From an uncultured Bacteroidales bacterium (lineage in GTDB: Bacteria > Bacteroidota > Bacteroidia > Bacteroidales > JAAAOM01), in assembly GCA_964652315.1 (NCBI GenBank), contig CAZZBU010000002.1:7812-71811 (forward strand): a stretch of DNA of 64,000 nt, given 5' to 3'. The position numbers and the translations under genes are program-made. Below the pieces are notes generated by a model, which worked only from the letters and a program-made list of their open reading frames with translations, had not been told where the DNA came from and made no database searches. The stretch's first letter is position 1, and each line of letters starts with the position of its first letter. Below are positions 9,408 to 18,677 of this stretch, piece by piece.

Positions 9408-11054
9408 TTATTGATGCTCAAGTTCAATAGTTTTGGTGGGTAAATCGCAAACCTCACTTGGGCCGAAATATTGAATTGGCCCCGGATATACATAAGAAGT
9501 GTTTTTTGCCCATTCTTTTCTTTTGGCTTTAAAAGCTTTGAACGGAGCACCATCAAGCTTAACCAGTGCCTTTTGAATAACCGGTTTCATTTTACCATGG
9601 CGTTTTTCCATATTCATCATCATGGTGATGGGAACACCACCGGCAATCCATTCCTCAGCCGGTTTGGTAAGATTGCGCACTGAAGCCATATATCCACTTT
9701 TGCCTTCACCAATAAGGATGGCAGCTGTAAAGCCCAGCGAATAACAATAGTCTGCATCAAAATTCGATGGTGCGGCACAGCGGCCCTCATATCCAAAAAA
9801 GTGATTCTGAGTGGCAAATTTGCCATGGTATTTTTCCTTTTTGCGGAGTTTTTTCAGTCTTTTTTCCGTCATCTCTATGAGCAACTTCTCCGTTTCAATC
9901 CTGGAAACCTGAACATTGCCATGCGGGTCACGATCCATAATTAGCTGATCGGCAATGTCATTTGGTAAACTGGAGTATACATTGGCCGAATCATGACTCA
10001 GGTTTTCAGCAACGAATTCCCGCTTTTCCTGTTTCGATTCAATGCAGATAAGCTCATCATTTTTTTCCGTGAGCATGTCATTCAGTTCGGCAATAAGTGC
10101 CTTCATTTCAGGAATAAATTCAATCAATCCTTCAGGAATGATTACGGTACCAAACTCTTCACCATTACTGGCACGGTCAGCTATTATACCTGCAATATAT
10201 TTTACAATGTCATCCAATGTTTGTTTTTCAGCTTCAACCTCTTCTGAGATAAGGGTAATGTTTGGTTGCGTTTGAAGGGCGCATTCCAGGGCAATATGCG
10301 ATGCAGAACGTCCCATCAACTTAATGAAATGCCAGTATTTTTTTGCAGAATTGGCATCACGCTGAATATTACCGATAAGTTCGCTATAAACTTTGCAGGC
10401 TGTATCAAAACCAAAGGAAGTCTCAATCATCTCGTTTTTTAAATCACCATCAATGGTTTTGGGCACACCTATTACCTGAATTCCTGCATTTTTGGCAAGA
10501 TAATATTCTGCCAGAACGCAGGCATTGGTATTTGAATCATCACCACCAATAATGACAAGGGCGTTAATGCCTAATGCTTTGCAGTTTTTGATTCCCAGGT
10601 CGAATTGTTCGGTTTTTTCAAGCTTTGTACGTCCTGAGCCGATGATGTCAAATCCACCGGTATTCCGGTATTGGTCTATAATTTCATCAGTCAGTTCAAG
10701 GTATTTGTTGTCTGTTAGTCCGCTCGGGCCACCCTGAAAACCGTAAACCTTATTGTCGGGATTCAGTGATTTGATACCATCAAATAAGCCGGCAATTACA
10801 TTATGGCCACCCGGGGCCTGTCCTCCGGATAAGATAACACCTACATTGACCACAGGCATCTCTCTTTTTGTTACTGCTTGTTCAAATTTTAACAACGGCA
10901 TTCCATAGGTGTTTGGAAACATTTTTTTAATGTCTTCCTGATCGGCTACCGATTGTGTTTTCTCGCCTTCAGTAATGGCAACTGCACCGTGCAAGGCAGC
11001 AGGAAGCTTAGGGACATAGCTCGCCCTTGCTTTTTGTAATGGACTTTTAATCAT
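9408..11054 (-). CDS. pfp: diphosphate--fructose-6-phosphate 1-phosphotransferase (long PPi-PFK)
   Basis: 548 aa. '[14 protein letters not shown]', '[11 protein letters not shown]' and '[10 protein letters not shown]'. Length and motifs are typical of long PFP enzymes. Confidence 0.9.
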   Translation of the reverse strand: MIKSPLQKARASYVPKLPAALHGAVAITEGEKTQSVADQEDIKKMFPNTYGMPLLKFEQAVTKREMPVVNVGVILSGGQAPGGHNVIAGLFDGIKSLNPDNKVYGFQGGPSGLTDNKYLELTDEIIDQYRNTGGFDIIGSGRTKLEKTEQFDLGIKNCKALGINALVIIGGDDSNTNACVLAEYYLAKNAGIQVIGVPKTIDGDLKNEMIETSFGFDTACKVYSELIGNIQRDANSAKKYWHFIKLMGRSASHIALECALQTQPNITLISEEVEAEKQTLDDIVKYIAGIIADRASNGEEFGTVIIPEGLIEFIPEMKALIAELNDMLTEKNDELICIESKQEKREFVAENLSHDSANVYSSLPNDIADQLIMDRDPHGNVQVSRIETEKLLIEMTEKRLKKLRKKEKYHGKFATQNHFFGYEGRCAAPSNFDADYCYSLGFTAAILIGEGKSGYMASVRNLTKPAEEWIAGGVPITMMMNMEKRHGKMKPVIQKALVKLDGAPFKAFKAKRKEWAKNTSYVYPGPIQYFGPSEVCDLPTKTIELEHQ

Positions 11055-11266
11055 AGGAATATTATTTTATTATTATTTCAAATATTGGTATTTGTCCTTG
11101 ATTTTTTTTTAGAAAGTGCAAAAATGCTAATATATTTCCAAATATGGAATTCCCGGAACAAAATCAACCTTGAAAATCTAATAATTATAAATAATTTAAA
11201 ATGAATAAAAATTATTTATTCTATTTTTTTTAAAACAATATCTGTTTCTTTGAAGCGATTTTACGA

Positions 11267-12553
11267 ATGCTTCAAAAATCGAAAGGTATGAATAATAAAA
11301 AATCTCCTGCTTCATTGCGATGGATAGTACTCGTAGTTGTAAGCCTGGCTATGTTTGGGAATTATTATTTGTATGACAGCATTGCTCCGGTAGCTGACCA
11401 ACTGGCCTCTGAACTGGGTTTTTCTGATAAGCAAATCGGGTTGTTATATACCGTTTATAGCATTGCTGCTGTAATCTTTTTGTTGATAGGAGGTATTCTT
11501 GTAGATAAAATTGGAACACGAAAAACCATCTTGCTTTTTGGGGCTATATGTGCTGCCTCAGGTTTCATTACTGCTGTGTCGCCAAATTTTTACATAATGG
11601 CAACCGGAAGGTTTCTTCTGGGATTAGGGGCCGAACCGTTAATAGTAGCAATAACGACCACGCTTGCCAAGTGGTTTAAGGGGAAAGAGATTAGTTTTGC
11701 CATGGGATTGAATCTGTCTTTTGCGCGGCTTGCATCGCTGGGTGCCGATTTATCGCCTACCTTTGCTACAGGGCTTTACACCAACTGGCAGGATCCGCTT
11801 TATTTAGCAGCTATTTTTGGATTGCTCTGTCTGGTCGGTGGTGTGATATACTACCGGATGGAACAAAAAGCCGAGCGACAGAACTTTTTGACCAAATCAG
11901 TGCACACCGATAAGATCAATTTTAAACAGTTGTTTACTTTTTCCCGATCATTTTGGTTTATAACCTTGCTGTGCCTGACTTTCTATAGTGCGGTTTTTCC
12001 ATTTCGATCCTTTGCCATTAAATTTTTCATGCATGTTCATGATGTGAGTAAACAGGTTGCCGGACAGGCCAATGGTATTTTACCTATCATGTCATTAATT
12101 GCAACACCCATTGTGGGTATTATCGTTGATAAGGTTGGGAAACGGGCGCTGATAATGTTGTTGGGAGCCATTCTTATACTTCCTGTTTACCTGATGTTGG
12201 TCTATAGTGACGTTAGTATTTTTCTGCCAACCGGTATGCTGGGCATTGCCTTTACCTTAATTCCAACAGTTATGTGGCCTGCCGTTGCTTATATTGTTGA
12301 TGAGAAAAAACTGGGAACTGCATACGCATTGATGGCTGTTATACAGCAAACGGGTGTTGCTATATTTAACTTTATGATAGGCTGGTCCAATGATTTGAAC
12401 AACGCTTCAGATGTTAATCCCGATGGGTATACTATGGGGATGTGGCTGTTAAGTATTCTTGGCGTAATGGGAATGCTTTGGGCGCTGTTACTTAGGAAAA
12501 CAGAAAAAGGTCCCCGGGGCCATGGGCTTGAGAAACCTAATCCTGAACAATAA
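11267..12553 (+). CDS. MFS transporter
   Basis: 428 aa with about 12 hydrophobic segments. 'GGILVDKIGTRKT', an MFS loop 2-3 motif, and 'GRFLLGLGAE'. Confidence 0.85.
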   Translation: MLQKSKGMNNKKSPASLRWIVLVVVSLAMFGNYYLYDSIAPVADQLASELGFSDKQIGLLYTVYSIAAVIFLLIGGILVDKIGTRKTILLFGAICAASGFITAVSPNFYIMATGRFLLGLGAEPLIVAITTTLAKWFKGKEISFAMGLNLSFARLASLGADLSPTFATGLYTNWQDPLYLAAIFGLLCLVGGVIYYRMEQKAERQNFLTKSVHTDKINFKQLFTFSRSFWFITLLCLTFYSAVFPFRSFAIKFFMHVHDVSKQVAGQANGILPIMSLIATPIVGIIVDKVGKRALIMLLGAILILPVYLMLVYSDVSIFLPTGMLGIAFTLIPTVMWPAVAYIVDEKKLGTAYALMAVIQQTGVAIFNFMIGWSNDLNNASDVNPDGYTMGMWLLSILGVMGMLWALLLRKTEKGPRGHGLEKPNPEQ

Positions 12554-12628
12554 CTTCAGAGTTTATACTCCAGGAAATAATATCACTTGGAGAGAATATG
12601 AATACTATTAGTGCCGCTTTGATATTAT

Positions 12629-13906
12629 TTAATCATTGCTTTCATTACGAACAATAGTAGCCTTCCTGTTTGGCCCAACTGAGACAATTTTTATTGGCAC
12701 CCCAAGTTCTTTTTCGATGTAAGCAATATAGGTTTTAAGAGTTTCCGGCAATGCATCGTATGTTTCCACTTGGCTGATATCTTCATCCCAGGCATCAAAT
12801 TCAATGTACTTGGGTGTAATTGGTGTTTCGATGTTATAAGGTAAATATGAGGTTACACCTTTTTCTGTTTTATAGGCAGTGCATACGTGGATTTTATCAA
12901 GGCCTGTCAGCACATCTGCTTTTGTCATGATTAGTTGCGTAACACCGTTAATCATTACAGAATATTTCAAAGCAACAAGGTCGAGCCATCCACAGCGTCT
13001 TGGTCTGCCGGTTGTTGCTCCAAATTCGTTGCCTTTTTTGCGTAAATCATCGCCCATATCATCAAGCAATTCGGTAGGGAAGGGGCCACTACCCACCCTG
13101 GTGCAGTAAGCCTTGAATATACCAAATACCTCACCAATTTTTGTCGGAGCAATGCCAAGTCCAATGCAGGCCCCTGCACAAATGGTGTTTGAGGAGGTTA
13201 CATAAGGATATGATCCGAAATCAATATCCAGCAAGGTGCCTTGTGCCCCCTCAGCAAGCACAGAATTTCCATTATTTATTTCTTCGTTAATGAACAACTC
13301 ACTGTCAACAATATTGTATTCCGATAAAATCTCCGTTCCCCTGAACCAGGCAGCTTCTTCGTCTTCAACGTTGAAATCAAAATCGTATTGGGATAAAATC
13401 TGTAAATGCTTGTTTTTAAGTTGTTGGTAGCGTTCTTTAAAATCCGGTTCGAGGATATCGCCCACACGTAGTCCGTTTCGTCCTGTCTTATCCATATAGG
13501 TTGGGCCGATGCCTTTCAGGGTTGAGCCAATTTTTGTTTTGCCTTTAGCAGCCTCTGAAGCAGCATCAAGTACTTTATGCGTCGGAAGTATCAGGTGTGC
13601 TTTTTTTGAGATAAAGAGGTTCTTTTTTAAATCAATTCCAAGTTTTTTGATCGATTCAATTTCTTTCAAAAAAATCAAGGGATCAATCACAACCCCATTG
13701 CCAATGATGTTTTTTTTGTTTTCATGGAAAATGCCCGAGGGTATCGTATGCAAAACATGTTTGATGTTGCCAAATTCAAGTGAATGCCCGGCATTGGGGC
13801 CACCCTGAAACCTTGCAATATTATCGTAGTTGGGGGTAAGTACATCCACAACTTTTCCTTTTCCCTCATCACCCCATTGGAGACCAAGTAAAACATCAAC
13901 TTTCAT
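12629..13906 (-). CDS. purA: adenylosuccinate synthase
   Basis: 425 aa. 'LGLQWGDEGKGKVVD' P-loop, 'GPNAGH', 'GIGPTY' and 'TTGRPRRCGWLD'. Confidence 0.97.
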   Translation of the reverse strand: MKVDVLLGLQWGDEGKGKVVDVLTPNYDNIARFQGGPNAGHSLEFGNIKHVLHTIPSGIFHENKKNIIGNGVVIDPLIFLKEIESIKKLGIDLKKNLFISKKAHLILPTHKVLDAASEAAKGKTKIGSTLKGIGPTYMDKTGRNGLRVGDILEPDFKERYQQLKNKHLQILSQYDFDFNVEDEEAAWFRGTEILSEYNIVDSELFINEEINNGNSVLAEGAQGTLLDIDFGSYPYVTSSNTICAGACIGLGIAPTKIGEVFGIFKAYCTRVGSGPFPTELLDDMGDDLRKKGNEFGATTGRPRRCGWLDLVALKYSVMINGVTQLIMTKADVLTGLDKIHVCTAYKTEKGVTSYLPYNIETPITPKYIEFDAWDEDISQVETYDALPETLKTYIAYIEKELGVPIKIVSVGPNRKATIVRNESND

Positions 13907-13980
13907 TAGCTTAATTTTAAATTTCTATCACGGTTTAACTTTTGGTTTATGCTTTCAGCTTCAGCGCAAAAAATGCAAGC

Positions 13981-13994
13981 ATGCGTATACGCAT
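13981..13994. promoter_or_regulatory. 14-bp perfect palindrome upstream of purA (candidate operator)
   Basis: ATGCGTATACGCAT is its own reverse complement. It lies 75-88 nt upstream of the purA start and is flanked by GCAAA (13966-13970) / TTTGC (13995-13999). Confidence 0.35.
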
Positions 13995-14015
13995 TTTGCA
14001 CAGCGGGGCAAGTTA

Positions 14016-14048
14016 CAAAAAAAGCAACTACAATACCCGGTAGTTGCT
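14016..14048 (-). terminator. intrinsic terminator of fur
   Basis: 9-bp perfect stem AGCAACTAC/GTAGTTGCT with an 8-nt loop, followed on the minus strand by a T7 run. Confidence 0.75.
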
Positions 14049-14075
14049 TCATAGAAATAAACATTTTTTTAACTT

Positions 14076-14513
14076 TTATTTTTTCTTCACTCCGTAAATG
14101 TACAGGGAATGGTGAGAGGGAGTGAAATTATTTAGTTCGCATGCCGTACGGATAATCTCCTGCATGCGTGGATCACAAAACTCTATTACAGTGCCTGTTT
14201 CCATGTCGATGAGATGATCGTGCTGCATGCACTGATATGCCTTTTCAAACTGCGCAATGTTTTTTCCAAACTGATGTTTGATTACCAAATTACAGTCAAG
14301 CAATAGCTCAATAGTATTGTATAAGGTAGCCCTGCTGACCCTGTAATTTTTATTTTTCATGAAGATGTATAAGGATTCGATATCGAAATGTCCCTCGCGC
14401 GAGTATATTTCGTCCAATATTGCATAACGTTCCGGTGTCTTTCTGTGGCCCTTCTTCTCCAAATATTCTGTGAATATTTTCTTTACGGTTTCCCTTGTTT
14501 CTTCGTTTAACAT
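14076..14513 (-). CDS. fur: Fur-family transcriptional regulator
   Basis: 145 aa. N-terminal winged-helix region '[26 protein letters not shown]' and an 'HDH' metal site. Size and position next to purA are typical. Confidence 0.8.
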   Translation of the reverse strand: MLNEETRETVKKIFTEYLEKKGHRKTPERYAILDEIYSREGHFDIESLYIFMKNKNYRVSRATLYNTIELLLDCNLVIKHQFGKNIAQFEKAYQCMQHDHLIDMETGTVIEFCDPRMQEIIRTACELNNFTPSHHSLYIYGVKKK

Positions 14514-14592
14514 AAATTAGACTAATTTAAAATAGTGGTCTAAAATAGAACATTTTTAATAAATCTAAAACTAATTCTAAATAATTTTTTAA

Positions 14593-16848
14593 TTACTCTT
14601 CAACGGCTTCAACACGGCTTACAGAATCCACCCCTTTAATTTTCATGAGGTTCATTATAAGGTTGTTCAGGTCTTTTGTGTCGTGCACATACAGGTCGAG
14701 GTGTCCTTCAAAAATGCCATCATGGCCTGAGAGGTTGATGGCACGGATATTTACATTTAACTCCTTGGAAATAATAGTGATAATGCTATTGTAGACTCCA
14801 AATTTATCGAATCCGCTGATGCTGATTCGTACAAGAAATGAAAACAGTTTGTGCATGGTCCATTTTGTGGTTACGATATGCTCTGCCTGGCTCGACATAA
14901 TTTTCACAGCATTTGGGCAGCGTACCTTATGGACAGTTATGATATTGTTGTTGTTTTTATAACCGATTATTTCATCACCCGGAATGGGATTACAACATTT
15001 GGCAATCTGGTAGGTGAGGTTTTTGTTTTCTTTTTCTTCTTCGATTACAAGCGGGCCATCCTGATATTTTCCATCACCCGGAGTTTTGTGGTTGTTTTTT
15101 TTGCTTTTACCGGACGATCGGGCAAACTGAATCTCCCAGTAGCGGATCCATTTGTTTTTCGTATTCTTTTTAAGGATTTTTTTCAAATCTTCCAGCACGA
15201 TAATGCCACTGCCAATTTTACTGTAAAGCTCGTCCTTATTGCTTACTTCAAAAGCAGGCAGCAGTTTTTTAAATACCCTGGAACTTGGTTTCAGGTTTAT
15301 TTCCGCTAGTTTTTCTTCAAGGATGGTTTTACCTTTTTCAATCCGGTTTTTAGTTTCTGCTTTTAGCGAACTTTTTATGGCTGCCTTTGCTTTCACAGTT
15401 TTTGCCAGATTAAGCCATTCCCTTTTTGGTTTTCCTTGCTCTGAGGTAATTATCTCTATTTGATCACCGCTTTTTATAGGTGAGGTAAGGGGCGCAAGCC
15501 GGTGATTGATCTTTGCACCAATGGCTTTGTTTCCTACCTGGGTATGAATTTCATAGGCAAAATCCAGAGCCGTGGAATTTGCAGGTAATGTCCGCAACTG
15601 ACCTTTTGGTGTAAATACAATGATTTCTGATGCAAACAGGTTCATCTTAAAATCATCTAAAAACTCCAGGGCATCGCTATTTGGATTTTCAAGCATCAGG
15701 CGAATGCGCTTGAGCCATTTATCGAGTTCATTTTCGTGACCAACAGTGGAGTTTTTATATTTCCAGTGGGCTGCATACCCGCGTTCGGCTATTTCGTCCA
15801 TACGCCGCGAACGGATTTGCACCTCCACCCAGTTGCCTTCGGGTCCCATTACAGTGGTATGTAAGGCTTCATAACCGTTTGCTTTGGGCGTACTTACCCA
15901 GTCCCGGATCCGATCGGGTTTGGGCATGTAAATATCAGTAATCATGGAGTAAATGTTCCAGCATTGTGTTTTCTCCGGAATATCTTCCAGGGGATCAAAT
16001 ACAATACGGATGGCAAACAGATCAAATACCTCTTCGAAAGGTACGTTTTTCATCTGCATTTTATTCCAGATGGAATATACCGATTTAGGCCGGCCGCTGA
16101 TATCAAATTTAATATTCCCTGATACAAGCCGCTCAATGATTGGCATTGAAAATTTGTTGATAAATGCCTGACGGCGTTTTTCACTTCCACGCAGTTTTTT
16201 TGAAATCTCTTCAAAAATTTTTGGATGGCGGTACTTAAGGCTTAAATCTTCAAGCTCTGTTTTTATGGCGTAGAGTCCGAGCCGGTGTGCCAGGGGTGCA
16301 TAAAGGTAAATGGTTTCCCCGGCAATCTTCATTTGTTTATGGTGGGGCATTGAGCCCAGGGTACGCATATTGTGCAAACGGTCGGCAAGTTTAATCAGAA
16401 TAACCCGCACATCTTCCGAAAGGGTGAGGAGTATTTTTCTGAAGTTCTCGGCCTGAATAGTGGAGTTTTTATCAAAAACCCCTGATATTTTGGTTAACCC
16501 TTCGATGATTGAGGCAATCTTGGGGCCAAACATGTTTTCGATATCATCAATGGTGTAATCTGTATCCTCCACCACGTCGTGTAACAATGCGGATGCCACA
16601 GACTTGGCTCCAAGGCCAATTTCATGAGTGACAATCTTTGCTACACTGATGGGATGCAAGATATATGGTTCGCCTGATTTCCGGCGCATTCCCTTATGGG
16701 CATCATTAGCCACACGGAAAGCTTTTTCAATAAGCTCCTTATCACCAGGGGAGTCACATCTCACACAGTTTCGAAGCAAATCTTCGAATTTCTCCTGGAC
16801 CAGATCTGTTTCTGTTTTAAATTGTAATGCCATTAAGCCTTCCTCCAT
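14593..16848 (-). CDS. relA: bifunctional (p)ppGpp synthetase/hydrolase, long RelA/SpoT homologue
   Basis: 751 aa. HD hydrolase 'HPISVA...LLHDVVEDT', synthetase 'GRPKSVYSIWNKM', 'DLFAIRIV', 'YEALHTTV' and 'VEVQIRS'. TGS region, 'CCNPIPGDEIIGY' zinc-finger segment and an ACT-like C-terminus. Confidence 0.95.
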   Translation of the reverse strand: MEEGLMALQFKTETDLVQEKFEDLLRNCVRCDSPGDKELIEKAFRVANDAHKGMRRKSGEPYILHPISVAKIVTHEIGLGAKSVASALLHDVVEDTDYTIDDIENMFGPKIASIIEGLTKISGVFDKNSTIQAENFRKILLTLSEDVRVILIKLADRLHNMRTLGSMPHHKQMKIAGETIYLYAPLAHRLGLYAIKTELEDLSLKYRHPKIFEEISKKLRGSEKRRQAFINKFSMPIIERLVSGNIKFDISGRPKSVYSIWNKMQMKNVPFEEVFDLFAIRIVFDPLEDIPEKTQCWNIYSMITDIYMPKPDRIRDWVSTPKANGYEALHTTVMGPEGNWVEVQIRSRRMDEIAERGYAAHWKYKNSTVGHENELDKWLKRIRLMLENPNSDALEFLDDFKMNLFASEIIVFTPKGQLRTLPANSTALDFAYEIHTQVGNKAIGAKINHRLAPLTSPIKSGDQIEIITSEQGKPKREWLNLAKTVKAKAAIKSSLKAETKNRIEKGKTILEEKLAEINLKPSSRVFKKLLPAFEVSNKDELYSKIGSGIIVLEDLKKILKKNTKNKWIRYWEIQFARSSGKSKKNNHKTPGDGKYQDGPLVIEEEKENKNLTYQIAKCCNPIPGDEIIGYKNNNNIITVHKVRCPNAVKIMSSQAEHIVTTKWTMHKLFSFLVRISISGFDKFGVYNSIITIISKELNVNIRAINLSGHDGIFEGHLDLYVHDTKDLNNLIMNLMKIKGVDSVSRVEAVEE

Positions 16849-16870
16849 TCACCTATGTCTCTTGCAGCTT

Positions 16871-16878
16871 CAAAATTA
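16871..16878 (-). promoter_or_regulatory. candidate -7 box (TAnnTTTG) for relA/spoT
   Basis: The minus strand reads TAATTTTG, 23 nt upstream of ATG 16848. Confidence 0.35.
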
Positions 16879-17001
16879 ATGTTTTTATGTGGTTCGTTGT
16901 TAATTATCGGAATTAATTGATTAAACCACAAAATTATTTGTTTTTATAAGATTTAGCTGTACAACAAATGTGCCTTAAAATGGTTGTTTTTATTAAAATA
17001 A

Positions 17002-18492
17002 TCAGGGAATTACAACTGTAATATTTCCTTGTTGATGGTGCCTAGTGCCATCTTGACCAACATACTCAAGGTAATAGATATAGATTCCTTCACTTACGGT
17101 TTTTCCTGAAGCAAACCGGCCGTCCCAGCCTTCGCTGAGTTGATTGCTTTCAAAAATGGGCACACCATACCTGTTATATATAATCAGTTTGTATGATGCC
17201 GGAGTAAATCCGATGTTCAGCGGCCTGAAAACATCGTTTATTCCATCATCATTCGGGGTAAATGCTTCAGGGAATTCTATTTCATTAGTGATGGTAAAAA
17301 ATATCGTATTGCTCTGGCTGTTTCCTGTGATATTGTATGGGTTTGTGTTGCCTTCTTCTGCTGTAATATAGTATCCAATCTCGCCATCATACCCGCTTTC
17401 CAACAGGGAAGTGATATTATCCGTGAAATTTGTTGATGCCAGCCCTGAGCCAATCATTTCGGTTCCGAAGCTACTGACCCTGTAAACATTGTATCCTTCT
17501 ACATTGCCAAGCCAGTTTTGATATTCATTCCAGCTCAATTGAATGGTGTTATCGGTACGGTTACCTTGCAATACCATATTTTGGCAGGTATTGGAAGTAA
17601 CTTCGGTAAAACCACATTCTCCAATTAATTGATATACGTTGGACGCTTCTACAGAACCTGAATAATAAGCATACTCAACCGGATTTGCATACGTGAAGCT
17701 CGAAAGTGTGTCGCTGGGCTGGTTGTTTTGCAGGCGCACAAGATGATACGTGAAATTACCCCCGCCTGCTCCAAGTGTAAACCGGAAATCGAGTTGGCTG
17801 TTGCCGGATACTGTTACATAGTCGGCATTGATGTATGCCGGAGCATCAGGAATGGATGTGTTTAGTTCAATGATGTTGGATGTGCTTCCTGTACCTGGCT
17901 CCTTTACAGCACGTATTGAAAAATTCAGCAGAGCATTGTCAGGTAGTTGGTTAACAGTAAAAACGGTATCATTCAATTGTTGAATAGGGTTGCCATCTTG
18001 CAATACTTCATAATACTGGATATTTTCCCATCCGCGATAAGGCGACCAGCTTAGGCTGATGTGGGAATTGCAGGTGTCATACGCATGCCGGGTGTAAATG
18101 GTGTAATGCGGATTGGTTTGCGGACTGGTGTGGAAATTACCATCAATTATTCTGAAAGCTGCAATTTTGTAAGGTACCGGTTCAGTGTTTGCTCTTCCAG
18201 ATTGGTCCACCAGATTCATTTCTCCTGGCTGATAGATGGTATCAAATGGTATGCCGGGGCTTGGATCAAGTTCAGGATCATGGTAATAGGCAATATAGCC
18301 ATGTATTGATGATACATCTGGGTGTGTCCAATGCAAACGTACATGCCCTTCAGGGTTAATAACTTCTACCATATATAAATCAGGTGGTTGAATTTCAGGG
18401 ATTTGGGCACCTGATTTGCCTGGTAAAAAAAAACAAGCCAATATTATTAGTATTATTTGAACCATTCCTTTTAAAAACGATAAACCGGACAT
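17002..18492 (-). CDS. secreted protein with T9SS type-B C-terminal sorting domain (gliding-motility-associated CTD)
   Basis: C-terminus 'FPEAFTPNDDGINDVFRP...LIIYNRYGVPIFES...GWDGR...G.YIYYL' matches the type-B CTD pattern. The ORF track opens at a GTG (18525). ATG at 18492 gives a clean signal peptide 'MSGLSFLKGMVQIILIILACFF...GAQ'. Confidence 0.85.
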   Translation of the reverse strand: MSGLSFLKGMVQIILIILACFFLPGKSGAQIPEIQPPDLYMVEVINPEGHVRLHWTHPDVSSIHGYIAYYHDPELDPSPGIPFDTIYQPGEMNLVDQSGRANTEPVPYKIAAFRIIDGNFHTSPQTNPHYTIYTRHAYDTCNSHISLSWSPYRGWENIQYYEVLQDGNPIQQLNDTVFTVNQLPDNALLNFSIRAVKEPGTGSTSNIIELNTSIPDAPAYINADYVTVSGNSQLDFRFTLGAGGGNFTYHLVRLQNNQPSDTLSSFTYANPVEYAYYSGSVEASNVYQLIGECGFTEVTSNTCQNMVLQGNRTDNTIQLSWNEYQNWLGNVEGYNVYRVSSFGTEMIGSGLASTNFTDNITSLLESGYDGEIGYYITAEEGNTNPYNITGNSQSNTIFFTITNEIEFPEAFTPNDDGINDVFRPLNIGFTPASYKLIIYNRYGVPIFESNQLSEGWDGRFASGKTVSEGIYIYYLEYVGQDGTRHHQQGNITVVIP

Positions 18493-18536
18493 ATTTAGTG
18501 TTGTGCCATAAAAACAATCTTTCACACAAATTATTA

Positions 18537-18544
18537 CAAAATTA
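18537..18544 (-). promoter_or_regulatory. candidate -7 box (TAnnTTTG) for the T9SS-CTD protein gene
   Basis: The minus strand reads TAATTTTG, 45 nt upstream of ATG 18492. Confidence 0.3.
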
Positions 18545-18661
18545 ATCCAAACTCAACGCAATATGCCTAATGTTTCGTATTTTTATTATTAGGAATGAAA
18601 TTAAATAAGAAAAAATGACTTATGAGGTTTTGAATAAGCTTTTCAAAGTAAGCTGATCAAT

Positions 18662-18669
18662 TATCTTTG
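18662..18669 (+). promoter_or_regulatory. candidate -7 box (TAnnTTTG) for CLC paralogue 1
   Basis: TATCTTTG ends 8 nt before ATG 18678. This would imply a very short leader, or use of the second Met at 18684. Confidence 0.3.
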
Positions 18670-18677
18670 CCAACCAA

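Noticed and set aside
11190-11225. AT-rich inverted repeat GAATAAA-aatta-TTTATTC in the pfp/MFS divergent promoter
   Set aside because: It is composed almost entirely of A/T, and such 7-bp repeats are expected by chance in this composition.
14851-15309. 152-aa plus-strand ORF antisense to relA/spoT; the same situation applies to 58202..58702, 37107..37601, 28970..29395 and 21993..22442
   Set aside because: Each lies wholly inside a long gene whose motif-rich protein is unambiguous. Their translations are low-complexity Phe/Ile/Ser/Lys-rich with no recognisable motifs, as expected for chance antisense frames in AT-rich coding DNA.
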